From assembly GCA_029953675.1 (NCBI GenBank), contig JAMWBK010000012.1, positions 1,054,001 to 1,118,000 on the forward strand: a stretch of 64,000 bases of DNA. Direction: 5' to 3'. Below, piece after piece: positions 20,576-32,466 of the stretch; the first letter of the stretch is position 1; the number at the start of each line of letters is the position of its first letter. The translations under genes were made by a program, and so were the position numbers. The notes under the pieces are model-generated. The model was given only the letters and a program-made list of their open reading frames with translations, ran no database searches and was not told the DNA's origin. Origin of the DNA: Rhodosorus marinus CCMP1338 (Eukaryota > Plantae > Rhodophyta).

Positions 20576-21525
20576 TCACAAAAAGGACGTAGAACAACGC
20601 CTTTGCCTCGACTATTGGCGTTTGAACGCAATCACGTTCCCGAATTGACGACTGTTTAGCTTCTGCTGAGCAAGCAGATTTCTTTTCAGTCATCGATTTG
20701 CGTAGCGAACCCTGCCAGCTACGATTGGAGGAAGCAGATGTACGAAAAACCGCGTTCATAACACCGTTTGGACTTTGCCAGTGGTTGGTTATGCCGTTTG
20801 GTCCAACCAGCGCCCCGGACTAGGTAGGGAAGCGTGCAAACCCTGGCACGCTTCCCTACCTAGTTCTTAGTTCCTTTTCACGCTTTGCGTGGCGCTTTAG
20901 GCTACGCCAATAAAACCAGTTGTAAGAAAGCTTTTCGAGATGCTGATGGTGCTCTGCTTCGCTTCGCGAAAATATGACGATGTCATCGAAAAAGATCGCT
21001 ACACACTTGCCCAACGGGTCAAAAAAAAGGTGTTGAAGATCCCTTCGAAGGTGTCCGGGGCGTCGTTTCGACCACACGTCATAACCAACCACTGGCAAAG
21101 TCCAAACGGTGTTATGAACGCGGTTTTTCGTACATCTGCTTCCTCCAATCGTAGCTTGCAGTGTTCGCTACGCAAATCGATGACTGAAAAGAAATCTGCT
21201 TGCCCAGCAGAATCTAAACAGTCGTCAATTCGCGATCGTGATTGCGTTCAAACGCCTATAGTCAAGGCAAAGGCGTTGTCCTACGTCCAAAGGCGTTGTC
21301 CTACGTCCTTTTTGTCAACAAGAAGGCACGTTGCCGCGTAGGGGGAAGAACTGGGCCTAATCAGCCCGTTCTGTAATGGCTCCTGCACCTGTCTCCTCAA
21401 CTGCTGCTGGTTGCGCAGACTCATTCTATATGGTCTCGGTGCTGGTGGGCTTGCGCCAGGTTTCAACGAGTTCGAAGTTGACTTCTCTCCATAGTAGTAA
21501 GTCCTTGACGTTTTCCGTAGAAACA
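20575..21525. mobile_element. Two inverted Ty3/Gypsy RT fragments (~20578-20815 plus; ~20925-21525 minus)
   Basis: KKDV.QRLCLDY.RLN, KTAFITPFGL.QW.VMPFG, VAIFFDDIVIFS.SEAEHHQHLEK, PSSSPYAATCLLVDKKD motifs with frameshifts. Confidence 0.8.
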
Positions 21526-21688
21526 TCGAGCAACGCTTCCCTACCTAGTTCTTAGTTCCTTTTCACGCTTTGCGTAGCACTTTAGGCAATGCTAATAAAA
21601 CAAGGTGATCCTTGTGGGCCTGTGCAGTAAGCGGTCTCAGTTGGATGTATCAGTATTACGTCCAGTGTAGCTTTAAGGCTATGTTAGT

Positions 21689-21879
21689 ATCTTCTCGGCC
21701 TTTTGGCTAAGATCAAGTGTAGTATCTGTTCTATCAAGTGTAACAACTTGATGCATCTAAATTTTAGATGCTTTTGTTACAAATATTTTTCTGGAGGGGT
21801 TTATGTTTGGTTAGTGGCTTGCCAAGCCCGTTTACCGCGCTTTGCTCAGATTTTGCACTGCTTTCTGTTGCGGAGCACC
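21689..21879 (+). ncRNA. U2: U2 spliceosomal snRNA (full length; gene or retrocopy)
   Basis: ATCTTCTCGGCCTTTTGGCTAAGATCAAGTGTAGTATCTGTTC 5' end; stem IIa ATCAAG/CTTGAT with loop TGTAACAA and its IIc complement TTGTTACA; stem IIb GCATCTAA/TTAGATGC; Sm site ATTTTTCTG; TTGCAC in loop IV; ends GCACC. Confidence 0.95.
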
Positions 21880-23710
21880 TCTTTTACTTCTGCGCGTACC
21901 ACGATGACGTAACATTGCTGGGCACCCCTGACACCCTGGCTAGGGGACTGACCGCGATCGAAGCGATTGCACGTCGCGTCGGTTTGACTGTGGAAACAGA
22001 AAAATGTCGCTTTCTCCCCCCGAGGGACGTGTCGCTGAACTCTCTGCCACCCACTCTGCGACTAATCAGCGAACGTGAAGGGTTCGAACACCACGGCGTC
22101 GGATTGGGGACTGACAACTTTGTCCAAGCATCCTGCGAGCGAGTTTTGGCACGGCACAAGCAACTCACCGACGCCATTGAGCACCTACCCGACAGCATGC
22201 TGCAATCGGCCTGCTTGCTTTCCCGCTTTTGTGCCGGTCCCAGACTCAACTACTGGTTGCGCAGCCTGCCTCCAGCTTGGGGCTCGTGGATCGCGGCTAA
22301 AGCCGACGAAATGACCCTGCAACACTGGGGAACGCTCTTGGATGAGCCCCTCGATCTTGAAGCTGCTCCCGACAGGGACTTTATTCGTGCACAGATCGCT
22401 CTACCGTTGCGATTAGGGGGATTCGGCGTCGCAGACCGTGGGCTGGTATGCTCGCCAGCGGCGGTTGCCTCCTGGGCTACCGCGCTGCGAACGTTGGTGA
22501 CCTTCCAGATGCGAAGTGCCTGCCTCTTGGCTCGAGCTTTGACCAACGAGGATCCAGTGAGCCTGCCGCCCCCGCTTTTGACAATTTATGATGGTCTTCA
22601 ACACGCGTTCAGGAGGTGCAACGCCGTGCCCGACGCAAATCGGTCCCGCTTTCGTTCCTGGAGGGAGCTGTTATGGGGACGAGCTGAAGCGATTGAGGAT
22701 TCTCCCCTCGACCGAGTTCTTGCCGATGACGGAGAGGCTAGCCCCGGGTCCCCTGTTGCAGACTACCCGGGTTTGAGCCGATTGTGGAGCTCCCGCACTG
22801 ATGTTTCAACATAGCCTCACCTGGGGCCAACACAGTGCCGCTCCGCTCACACAGTCATGCTCAATTCTCCTCTCACGCCGCCTACCACTGCCGCTCGTCT
22901 CCGCGGCATGGGAGGCCACCTCTCACACTTGTGGTTAACCACTCTACCGTCGTCATTGAGTCATCGTCTCGATGCTTTCCAGTTCCGTTCTGCCGCACGG
23001 ATCTATCTCGGTTTGCCACAGGCTCCGTGGCACTCTAATCGGCCGTCTTTCTGTCAGGGATGTGAGAGCCGGATTGACGCTTGTGGCTACCACTTCCTGG
23101 GTTCCTGCGGACTGTTGCGAGGTCTCCGTACGAGGCGTCACACTCGCCTCAAGTACATCCTCAGCGAATTTTTGACTCGGATAGGGCATACGGTTGAGGT
23201 TGAGTCGGAACTGCCCAGATCAATCTCGGACCCTGCACCGCCCCGTTGTATAGCCGATCTCCTCGTCTCCGACGCTGCTGCCAGACGCTCAACATATGTG
23301 GACCTTGTGATTACCTGACCCGTGGCCAGCGCCTACCTGACCGCAGCCGCCCGCCGCCGGGGGGCCGCGGCTTCGGCCCTTCGAAGAGTTAAGGAACGAC
23401 GGTATGCTGAGAGCATGGCCAGTCTGCCTTGCGCTGAGGGTCGCTCTCACCGATTCCAGCCATTCATTGTGGAAAGCTTTGGTCACGTGGATAAGTCGGG
23501 TTTAGAGTGGTTGCGGAAATGTTTTGCTGAGCATCCTACTGAATATTTGGCGCTCTTGAGGCGTTTAAGTGTCTCCCTTTGGCGATATTCCAGCGACATG
23601 CTTTCCGAGGCGCGCCATCGGCGCCTGGGGTTGCATGCTTCCCTCCCTAGTTATTAGTTCATCTTCACGCCTTGCGTAGCGCTTCAGGCTATGCTAGTAA
23701 AGTCCAGTAA
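21880..23710 (+). mobile_element. Young 5'-truncated family-A copy starting at the RT catalytic motif
   Basis: AYHDDVTLLG..LPLRLGGFG..CQGC..RH..ADLLVSD..YVDL..FIVESFG; one frameshift near 22810; TGA at 23316-23318; ends GCTATGCTAGTAAAGTCC. Confidence 0.92.
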
Positions 23711-25648
23711 AACCGCTGGTTGCGATCTCATCCCCAGGTCGTTCTGCACTTTGATTTTGACCGTTTCTCGGGCACCTGCCTGTCTCCCGGAGAAGTAGCA
23801 GGACTCTCTCAGCGCGAAGCCAGCGTGAAAGCCGCAGCCAGCCATTGGCTACGCCTTCACCGCATTTAGCGCATCCTTTTGGAGCGCTTCGCGTCGGGGC
23901 CACGCCACCTGCGTGCCGCCGTCTCTACCCTTTTCGACCGGGAGAGGCGCCTTGTGTTGACGTCGAGTCACAGGCGGGAGTTACAGAGGTTAGGGGTACT
24001 AGAGGGCTCTGCTTCCAACACCACGTCCAGTGAGAGTGGTGAGGAATGGGAGCAGAGTGAGAGCATATCGGTGGAGAACGCCCCTATTACTTTGCTGAAG
24101 CGCGAGGGAGCTATCCCGCGAGCCTAGCGGAGTGGGCGTATTACCACTCTGGTGAGGTTAGGCGGAAAACGTGCGAGGACCGACTCCCCCGGGTCTAAGG
24201 GGGAGAAGCACGATTAGCTGCCCGGGCAGGGCTGCGAGGTCGCAGCCGATGGATTTGCAGTCCTATGTCGTGAAGGAGGGCGGAGACTGGGGTATTTGGC
24301 GTACGCGTTTACGAAGTTGGCTCCGGCGTTGGATGTCTTTGGAAGGAGGCTTGCTTCCCCTGCGTGGCAGGATTCCGCCTGTCGTCTTACCTCGCGGCGA
24401 GCTCTTGGTGGCTGGGACCATCCTGGACTTCATTTTCACGAGCCTGGCGCGTAACCTTCGGGACACCGTCATGTGGGAATTTCTGGGGGTCGTGCCGCGC
24501 CTGATTCTGGCCCCAACACACACGCTGGAGCGCAGATGGCGTGTCCGAGATCGGCTGGCGATGTTCCTGAAAGGGGAGTTTGAGGTGTTGCAGCGCCTCT
24601 CCTCCCCTACGAAGAAAGTCTTGCCCCGACGGTGTCGTCTCTGTTCCTCTCGTCCGACTTGGGCTTGCTACCCTAGTTTGAGGCATTATTGGACCATCCG
24701 GAGTTGGCCCGGTTTCAGATCGACCTTACAGTCAACGAGTCTGACCTAGAGGAGTTGCTTCGTACCTCGCGTCGTGGACGCTGCCCTGGACCCTCAGGGC
24801 TCCGCACCGAATTATTGCAGGCCTTCGGCAAAGCTGGCCAGAGCGCGCTGCTCAAGATTCTGAACAAACTGTTCCAAGGCACGTCGGGTGGGTCTGCCCC
24901 CTGGGAACACCTCCGTCGAGCACAGCTTTGCCTGATCACGAAGCCTGACCATCAGCCGGCCCGCCCGCGTCTCCGGCCGATCGGTAAGGTCGAGAGTCTA
25001 CGGAAATTGGCCGGAACCCCAGACTAACGCCAGCGCCGTCGCCAGCGGGTCACAGCCTTTATGGCGCCCTTGCAAGTGGGGGGGGGATTTTCTGGTGGTT
25101 GTGAATTGATCACCCATGGGATCGAGCTGGAGCGTGCCCGTAGGCCGGAGTGGGGAGTTTTGGTGGTTGATTTTCGAAACGCATTCAACAGCGTCTCGCG
25201 GACGCATGCGTTGGAGGTGATCCGACGGGTTTTTCTGGAGGCGTGGCCATTTCTCTCTGGTCTTTACGGAAGGGGGAGCCTTCCCTACTGGATCAGGGAG
25301 GGCACTGTTTTCGAAGCACATACTGGAGTCCAAAAAAGCGATCCTTGCGGGCCTCTACTTCATGCCTGTGCCCTGCAGCTCGTTCTCCTGCGTCTCGCGA
25401 ATGAGGTGCCGGCTCTTCGTATCTACGCCTATCACGACGACGTGACCCTGCTGGGCGACCCTGAAACCCTAGCTCGGGGGTTGACCCAGATCGAAGCGAT
25501 TGCATGTGGAGTAGGTCTGACGGTGGAACTAGAAAAGTGTCGTTTTCTCGTTCCGAGTGAAGCTTCGATGCCCTCTCTGCCATCTAATCTACGAATCATT
25601 GGCGAATGTGAAGGGTTCGAGCACCACGGCGTCGGTTTCGGGAGCAAG
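23711..25648 (+). mobile_element. Family-A-like element fragment: ORF1 C-terminus plus ORF2 N-terminus and RT, 3'-truncated and frameshifted
   Basis: LRSHPQVVLHFDFDRF (cf. family-C ORF1 ILTRPHVSLFVEFDRF); GRCPGPSGLR, RLRPIG, VDFRNAFNSVSR, GVQKSDPCGP, AYHDD. Confidence 0.85.
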
Positions 25649-25687
25649 GGTTACGTTAGTCTGGGGTAAAAAAAAACAAAAAAAAAC
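25649..25687 (+). mobile_element. Family-B 3' tip followed by an A-rich tail
   Basis: GGTTACGTTAGTCTGGGGT(A)n; the same terminus occurs at ~36460-36478 and ~37925-37938. Confidence 0.6.
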
Positions 25688-25699
25688 CACCTGCTTCTT

Positions 25700-26738
25700 G
25701 TAAATTATGGAAATTATCGTTGTAGGAGTCAATAAAATTATATTTTTTGACACGAAATATTGAATCGGTTATTGTTTTTTCACTATGAGGATTTATCAGT
25801 TTTCCTCTCCAATTGCACTGATCAGTTGGGAGAGGTGGGGAGGGAAAATTATGGTAATTATCGTTGTAGGAGTCAATAAAATTATATTTTTTGATCCAAA
25901 ATATTGAATCTGTTTATTGTTTTTTCACTATGAGAAACTAGTCGTTTTCCTCTCCAATTGAACTGGTCAGTTGGGAGAGGAAGGAGGAAAATTATCGTAA
26001 TTATCGTTGTAGGAGTCAATAAAATTATATTTTTGAGACGAAATATTGAGTCTGTTATTGTTTTTCCACTATGAGGGATTATTCGTTTTCCTCTCCAATT
26101 GAACTGGTCAGTTGGGAGTGGGAAGGAGGGAAACTTACGGTAATTATCGTTGTAGGAGTTAATAAAATTATATTTTTTGACCCGAAATATTGAGTCGGGT
26201 ATTGTTTTTTTCACTATGAGAAATTATTCGTTTTCCTCTCCAATTGAACTGGTCAGTTGGGAGAGGGGGGGGAGGGAAAATTATGGTAATTATCGTTGTA
26301 GGAGTTAGAAATTTTTTTAAATTTTTTTACACGAAACATTGAGCCTGTTATTGTTTTTTGACTATGAGGAATTACTCGTTTTCCTGTCCAACTGGTCAGT
26401 TGGGGGAGGTGCAGAGGAAACTTATGGTAATTATCGTTGTAGGAGTCAATAAATTTAAATTTTTTGACACGAAATATTGAATCGGTTATTGTTTTTTCAC
26501 TATGAGAGGTTATTCGTTTTCCTCTCCAATTGAACTAGTCAGTTGGGAGAGGTGCGGAGGGAAATTTATGGAAATTATCGTTGTAGGAGTTAATAAAATT
26601 ATATTTTTTGAATCGAAATACTGAATCGGTTACTGTTTTTTCACTACGAGAAATTATTCGTTTTGCTCTCGAGTTGATCTGGTCAGCTGGGAGCGGAAAG
26701 GTGGGAAACTTATGGTAATTATCGTGAGTCAATAAAAT
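25700..26738. repeat. AT-rich satellite, ~143-bp monomer, ~7.3 copies (left arm)
   Basis: ATCGT(TGTAG)GAG anchor at 25716, 25860, 26003, 26146, 26292, 26433, 26577, 26721 (periods 141-146). Confidence 0.95.
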
Positions 26739-29700
26739 TGTTGGCGCACGGTTGTAGTCAGACAGAACGACACCATCAGGGGGAAAAATTCTTTGGACTT
26801 ATCAAGCAACTCTTCGTGAGGGGGTTTCTTGGACGCAAAGATCCAATATTTGGTGGATTTCCGGGGCTCAAGAGGCCGGAACCTGGTGATTGAAGAAAAA
26901 TGGAACCCGAACCTCCTCCGGGTACGTGGATGCCCGCGGTTGCTCAACTACTAGAGCAACAACAGCGGATGACGGAGCGCTTGTGCGAGCGTTGCAGGAG
27001 CAGCAACAGCTACAACAACAGCAAGGAGCTCGATCGGGACGACTACCAAAGAAATCTGAGTCCCCGACTTTCGACGGCACTTCAGACGTCGAGACGTTCA
27101 TAAGCGAGCTCGAGCACTTGAAGGCAGTGTATGTCCTCGAGGAGGACAGTGACTTACTGTTCATCGCGGTCCGAGGGCTTGCAAAAACCGTTACCGAATG
27201 GTACCGCACGCTCCCCGTGACACAACGGTCAACGTGGGCAGCGTTGCAAATTGCCCTGCGAACGCGGTTCGCGTGCCACAACCAGGACGTTGAACTGGCG
27301 GTGAAACTCACGAGGATGCGCCAACGGGAGGGGTCAACAGTCAACGAGTACGCCACGGAGTTTGAATCCACGCTGGACCATCTCCGAAGGTATGACCCTG
27401 GGTGCCTCAGCGAGTTCATGCAGACCCAACTCTTCGTAATGGGCTTACGGACGTATCAACAAACGTACGTCCCTACGCCCGACAACGCTACAGCGTGCGA
27501 TAGAACTGGCGGTGTCGATACCCGAAGAGACATCTGGGTCAAGATGGAAGATGATGAAGGCGCGGGGTAGAAACGAACGGACGGCCCGGCCAAGTCATGA
27601 CCAGCACGAATTCGTCGCCCAACCGCCACCTCACCTGGATGCACCAGTACCAATGGCAGTTGGGACGGTGCGCGGGCCGCGGCAACGACGTCAGAGCCAG
27701 AAAAGTAGGGTGAACATCGTGGAGGCGCCGTCTGGCAAGAAAGATGGGAGTGAAGACCCGGCAACTCGGGTATTGACCATCTTGCAGGAAGCTGACGTCC
27801 CCGACCAATGGCAACCGTTGTTGCGAATCCCGGGAGAAGTAGGCGGCGTCAAGGTCAATGCGATCGTGGACAGCGGGTTACAAGTGAACCTGATGACGAC
27901 CGCGGCAGCCGCGAAGATGCAAATCACTGTGCCTAAGGCGACCGAATCGCTGGGTGCAGCGTTCGGACAGGCACTCCGCGTAGGTATAGTCAGAAGGATT
28001 GCGGTGGAGTGTACACCCAAGTGGCGTAGCCAGGAGACTTTCCGAGTCGCGGAACGGGGAGTGCCCGAAGTCATCCTGGGATTACCATGGTTAAAACGCA
28101 AACGCGTAATCATCCACCCAGGTGACGGATTGCTGACGGCGGTCAACGATCTGGGGCAGGACGAATCACTCCGGTGCCTCAAACTTCAGCCTACGCCGAG
28201 TAACATCACGGAGGTGCTGCTGGTCGGACGAAAGGAAGTAGCAGTCGGCGATGACGAGGACATCGGTGTTCTCCAAATCCGAGTAATGGAAAATCCGGGA
28301 ACGACGAAGGAAGTGAGCGCAGCCGAGAAGCAGCTACCGAGAGAGAGTTCGATGAGCTCTTGTCGATACCTTGGCGAAACTACCGCCACATCGGGAGCAG
28401 GACGCAGCAATTGAAACGCGCGGCGCGAAGCCTGTGTTCAAGTGCCCGTACCGACTATCGCCATTGGAACGGCGAGAGTTGAAGATTCAGCTGGAGGACC
28501 TCATCGAGAAAGGCTTCATAACCCCTTCCAACAGTCAATGGGGGGCCCAAGTGCTTTTCGTAAAAAAAAAACCGGTGAGTTGCGTTTGTGTGTTGACTAC
28601 CGCGCATTGAACAAGGTCACCGAGCGGTTAAAATATCAGCTGCCAAAAATAGACGAGCTCTTGGACCAACTTGCGGGCGCTGCTATTTTTAGTATACTGG
28701 ATCTGCGGAGTGGGTATTGGCAGTTGAGGATACGGGGGGAGGATGAACCAAAGACCGCCTTTGTGTCGGAATTCGGCCACTATCAATGGCGTGTGGCACC
28801 GTTTGGTTTGACTTCCTTACCCGCCTATTTCTCTCGATTAATGTCGGACATCCTACGGCGTTTCATCGGCCGGTTCGTAGTGGTGTATCTGGACGATATC
28901 CTTATCTATTCCCGCAATATGGAAGAGCACGAAGAACACCTCCGACAGGTTTTCCTGGAGTTGAGGCGGCATCACCTATACCTACATCCGGTAAAGACAG
29001 AGCTATTTCTTGACGCGGTGACATATCTGGGCTTTCGGATCGAAAACGGCCGCATCTCGATCGACGAGACTAAGGTGGATGCGCTAAGGAAGCTAGCGGT
29101 CCCCCAATCAGTTAAGGGCGTCCGTTCGATCATGGGGTTACTTTCGTACTTTCGACGGTTCATACGAAACTTCTCAACCTTAGCGGCTCCCCTAACCGAG
29201 TTGCTTAAGGATGGGAAGCCCTTCGAAATCACGGTCGAAGTACGGCGTTCGAGAAACTTAAGGCGCTGATATGCAGTGCGCCCATTTTGAGACTCCCAGA
29301 CCTGGATCATCTCCAGTTCGAGGTAACAACTGACGCCTCGGAGATAGGGTTGGGAGGGATGCTGACTCAGAGAGGACATCCGGTGGCGTTTGAAAGTAGG
29401 AAATTGACGGACGCTGAGCGAAGATACCCAGTGCACGAGCGGGAAATGTACGCGATCGTGTATTGCATGTTCAAATGGCGACACTTCCTGGAGGGAGCCC
29501 GGACTACGGTGTTCACGGACAACGCCGTGCTCACCTACATGAACACGAAGGTACCGCCCTCGCGGCGGATGACCCGGTACTTAGAAAAACTATCTCGCTT
29601 CGATTACGAGATAAAACACTTGCCCAGCAGGTCGAACGTTGTGGCGGATGCCTTGTCACGCTTGTCTCGAGTAATCTGTTGACCACGGCGCAGCTCACGA

Positions 29701-31133
29701 CGTATGCGCGAGAAGGAAAAGAGACGGGTCAGACCGCCGACGAGCAATCCGTGATCCGCAAGGAAATGGAAAACGTCGAATTCGACGCGGCCACAGGAGT
29801 ACACACTCGAGAAGTTGATGGCCAAGCACGTATTTGGGTCGAGCCCGAGAACCGAAACGACGCGCTTGCAGATGCGCACCAGGCGTTGGGACACCTATCG
29901 GCAAGAGCGCTTTACGAACACCTGCGAAGTAAACTTTGGTGGAGGACGTTGAGGGCGGGCGTTTACACAGCCGTACGACATTTCCCTCGCTGTCAATTGA
30001 ATCAGGTGCAGGCTCCGTTGGCTCGGAAGGCACCACTGCATCCTCTACCTACGGAAGCCATCTTCACCCGATCGCATCTCGACTTCATAGGACGACTACC
30101 GAAGGCGTACGGATCTGGAAATCAGTGGATTCTTGTAGCAGTAGAGTCCCTGACATGTTGGTCGGTAGTACGAGCGATGCCGGAAGCGACGCAGGCAAAT
30201 GTCGCCAAATTCATTTACGAAGAGATCGTGTGCCCGTACGGGGCACCAGTTCAAATATTAACCGACCGAGGCGCTAATTTCCGGTCAAAAGTGGTGGAGG
30301 AGTACCTGCGACTGCTGCCAACTGCCCAACGATTTACTAGTAGTTACCATCCTCGGACGAATTCGACGGCGGAACGGTGGAACCGGACGTTCCAGGAGGT
30401 GCTCGTGAAATTAATGAACGGAGCGGTGACGAGGTGGGATCGCTTTTTTTATCGACCAGGAGAACATGGCGCTGCGAATGCGGACCAGTAGGGTCACCGG
30501 CATGTCACCGTACGAGATCCTATATGGGGTGAAACCGCGAATCCCCGGACTGGCGCAGGCACCGTTATTGTTCGATGCTGTTGACAAAGATGCTTCTGTT
30601 CAGGCGCGAGTCTGACAACTGGAGCAACTGGGTCGAAAACGCGAAGCAGTCACGCTGAAGACGGAAGCCGCAAAAAAGCAAATGGCACGTTACTATGACT
30701 GGAAGGTGACGGCGGACCCGCTCAAGCCAGGAGAATTCGTTTTGTTCACGAACGAGGTAAAAACGAAAGGCACGTACCGCCATATCGGACCCTTCCGAGT
30801 CTTGGAGCGCCGATTATTCGACACGTACCGACTACCTGAGCCAGATGGGACGACGCTCAAGACCTTGGTTCACCGTAATCGTATGAAACGAGCCCAGGTC
30901 GACAAGGAAGTGCGGAGTTATTGGTACCATCCCACAAAGGATGAGCTCGGCGACTTGCGCGGCGAGTAGCATCAGACAAAACTCAGATCCGGAAGGACCC
31001 GTGAGTCTGAGTTGGCGGGGGTATGTTGGCGCACGGTTGTAGCCGGACAGAACGACACCATCTGGGGGAAAAATTCTTTGGACTTGTCAAGCAACTCTTC
31101 GTGAGGAGGTTTCTTGGACGCAAAGATCCAATA
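26739..31133 (+). mobile_element. Ty3/Gypsy LTR retrotransposon (element L1), defective, inserted into the satellite
   Basis: 110-bp LTRs 26739-26848 and 31024-31133 (TG...TA, 5 mismatches); PBS-like TGGTGGATTTCC at 26852; PPT GGCGGGGG; TSD AAAT (or ATAAAAT if the LTR ends at CA). Confidence 0.93.
26890..30969 (+). pseudogene. Gag-PR-RT-RNaseH-IN polyprotein of L1 with several frameshifts and a stop
   Basis: Gag (PTFDG..F..ELE), PR (AIVDSG), RT (LCVDYRALN, YLDDILIYS), RH (TTDAS, FTDN, ADALSR), IN (HLDFIG, LTDRG, AERWNR), GPF motif; no chromodomain seen. Confidence 0.9.
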
Positions 31134-31378
31134 AAATTACATTTTTTGACTCGAAATATTGAATCTGTTATTGTTTTTTCGCCATGAGGAATTATTTCTT
31201 TTCCTCTCCAATTGAACTGGTCAGTTGGGAGAGGTGGGGAGAGAAACTCATGGTAATTATCGTTGTAGGAGTTAATAAAATTATATTTTTGACACGAAAT
31301 ATTGAATCTGCTATTGTTTTTTTCACTATGAGGAATTATTCGTTTTCCTCTCCGATTGAACTGGTCAGTTGGGAAAGG
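31134..31378. repeat. Right arm of the ~143-bp satellite (~1.7 copies)
   Basis: Continues the interrupted monomer in register; anchor at 31259. Confidence 0.92.
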
Positions 31379-31518
31379 GCAGCAGTTTTAGGCAAATGTG
31401 CCAACATGGGGGATGGGGGGAGTTGATGGCGCTAAGTTGTGTTTTGGTGGGGAGAGAAGGAAGGAGGAAGAAACGAGCAGCTGGTTTGTGCCTCTTTAGG
31501 TTGTGGAAGGAGAAAAAA

Positions 31519-32466
31519 ATGAGTAGTACAAAATGGACAGCTGATGATATGCCCGATCTTGTCGGGAAGGTTGCGGTTGTGACTGGAGCGAATCTTGGTC
31601 TTGGGAGGGAGATTACTAAGAGATTGGCGGAGCATAATGCAACGGTGGTGATGGCTTGTAGAACTGCTTCCAAAGGGGAGGCCACGAAGAAAGAGCTTCT
31701 GAATGAAATTGGCGAGGATAAAAGCCTCGTGGTGATGACCCTGGATGTTTCTTCACTGGAATCTGTAAAAACCTTCGCCAAGGAGTTTTCGTCAAAGTAC
31801 AATAAGCTGGACATGCTGGTGGAGAACGCGGGTGTTATGGCTCTTGATCCGAGAGGAACGAGTGCAGATGGATATGAGATGCAGTTTGCGACAAACCACC
31901 TTGGTCACTTTCTACTAACCAAGCTATTGCTGCCTACACTTGAAAAGACGGAAGGAAGTCGCGTTGTTACCCAGAGCAGCTTGGCATCCTACCAATGTAA
32001 AGGTTTCAACTGGGATGACATCCAAGCCGAGAAGAGCTATGATCTCTGGAAACAATATTACATGACCAAACTCTGCAACGTCTGTTTTGCAAAGGAGTTG
32101 AATACGCGCCTCCAGAATGCTGGCAAGAGTAACCCGACCGCGTATGTAGCCCATCCAGGAGTTATCATTGGAAATCTCCAACAGAATTCCAGGCAAAGTC
32201 TCTTCGAAAAGGTCGTGTATGCCGTCTTCGGATTGTTTCAGGGAACCTATGAGACAGGGGCAAGGCCAGCTCTCTACGCCAGTTCCTCACCGGGGGCAAC
32301 ACCTGGAGCGTTTTACGGACCCAGTGGACCTATATACTATGTTAGCGATGTTGGTGGCGCGCATCCGGGAGAAGTAAAACCTCCGCCGATTTCGATGGAC
32401 GTTGAAGAGCGGAGAAAGCTATGGGAATTGTCAGAACAACTCGCAGACGTGAAGTTCACGATCTGA
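31519..32466 (+). CDS. Short-chain dehydrogenase/reductase (retinol dehydrogenase / WWOX / protochlorophyllide-reductase-like SDR)
   Basis: MSSTKWTADDMPDLVGKVAVVTGANLGLG (TGxxxGxG), ENAGVM, FATNHLGHF, YYMTK (YxxxK), AHPG. Confidence 0.92.
   Translation: MSSTKWTADDMPDLVGKVAVVTGANLGLGREITKRLAEHNATVVMACRTASKGEATKKELLNEIGEDKSLVVMTLDVSSLESVKTFAKEFSSKYNKLDMLVENAGVMALDPRGTSADGYEMQFATNHLGHFLLTKLLLPTLEKTEGSRVVTQSSLASYQCKGFNWDDIQAEKSYDLWKQYYMTKLCNVCFAKELNTRLQNAGKSNPTAYVAHPGVIIGNLQQNSRQSLFEKVVYAVFGLFQGTYETGARPALYASSSPGATPGAFYGPSGPIYYVSDVGGAHPGEVKPPPISMDVEERRKLWELSEQLADVKFTI

Noticed and set aside
21689-21879. Classical Utopia/Keno-type insertion inside U2
   Set aside because: The U2 sequence is uninterrupted; element sequence lies only at its ends
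23316-23318. Selenocysteine recoding of the shared TGA
   Set aside because: No SECIS-like element identified and the position is not a redox motif; a simple TGC>TGA mutation is more parsimonious
25700-26738. CRISPR array or hammerhead-ribozyme array
   Set aside because: Whole monomers are homologous (no unique spacers) and there are no cas genes; CTATGAG/GAAA do not form a CUGANGA hammerhead core with proper stems
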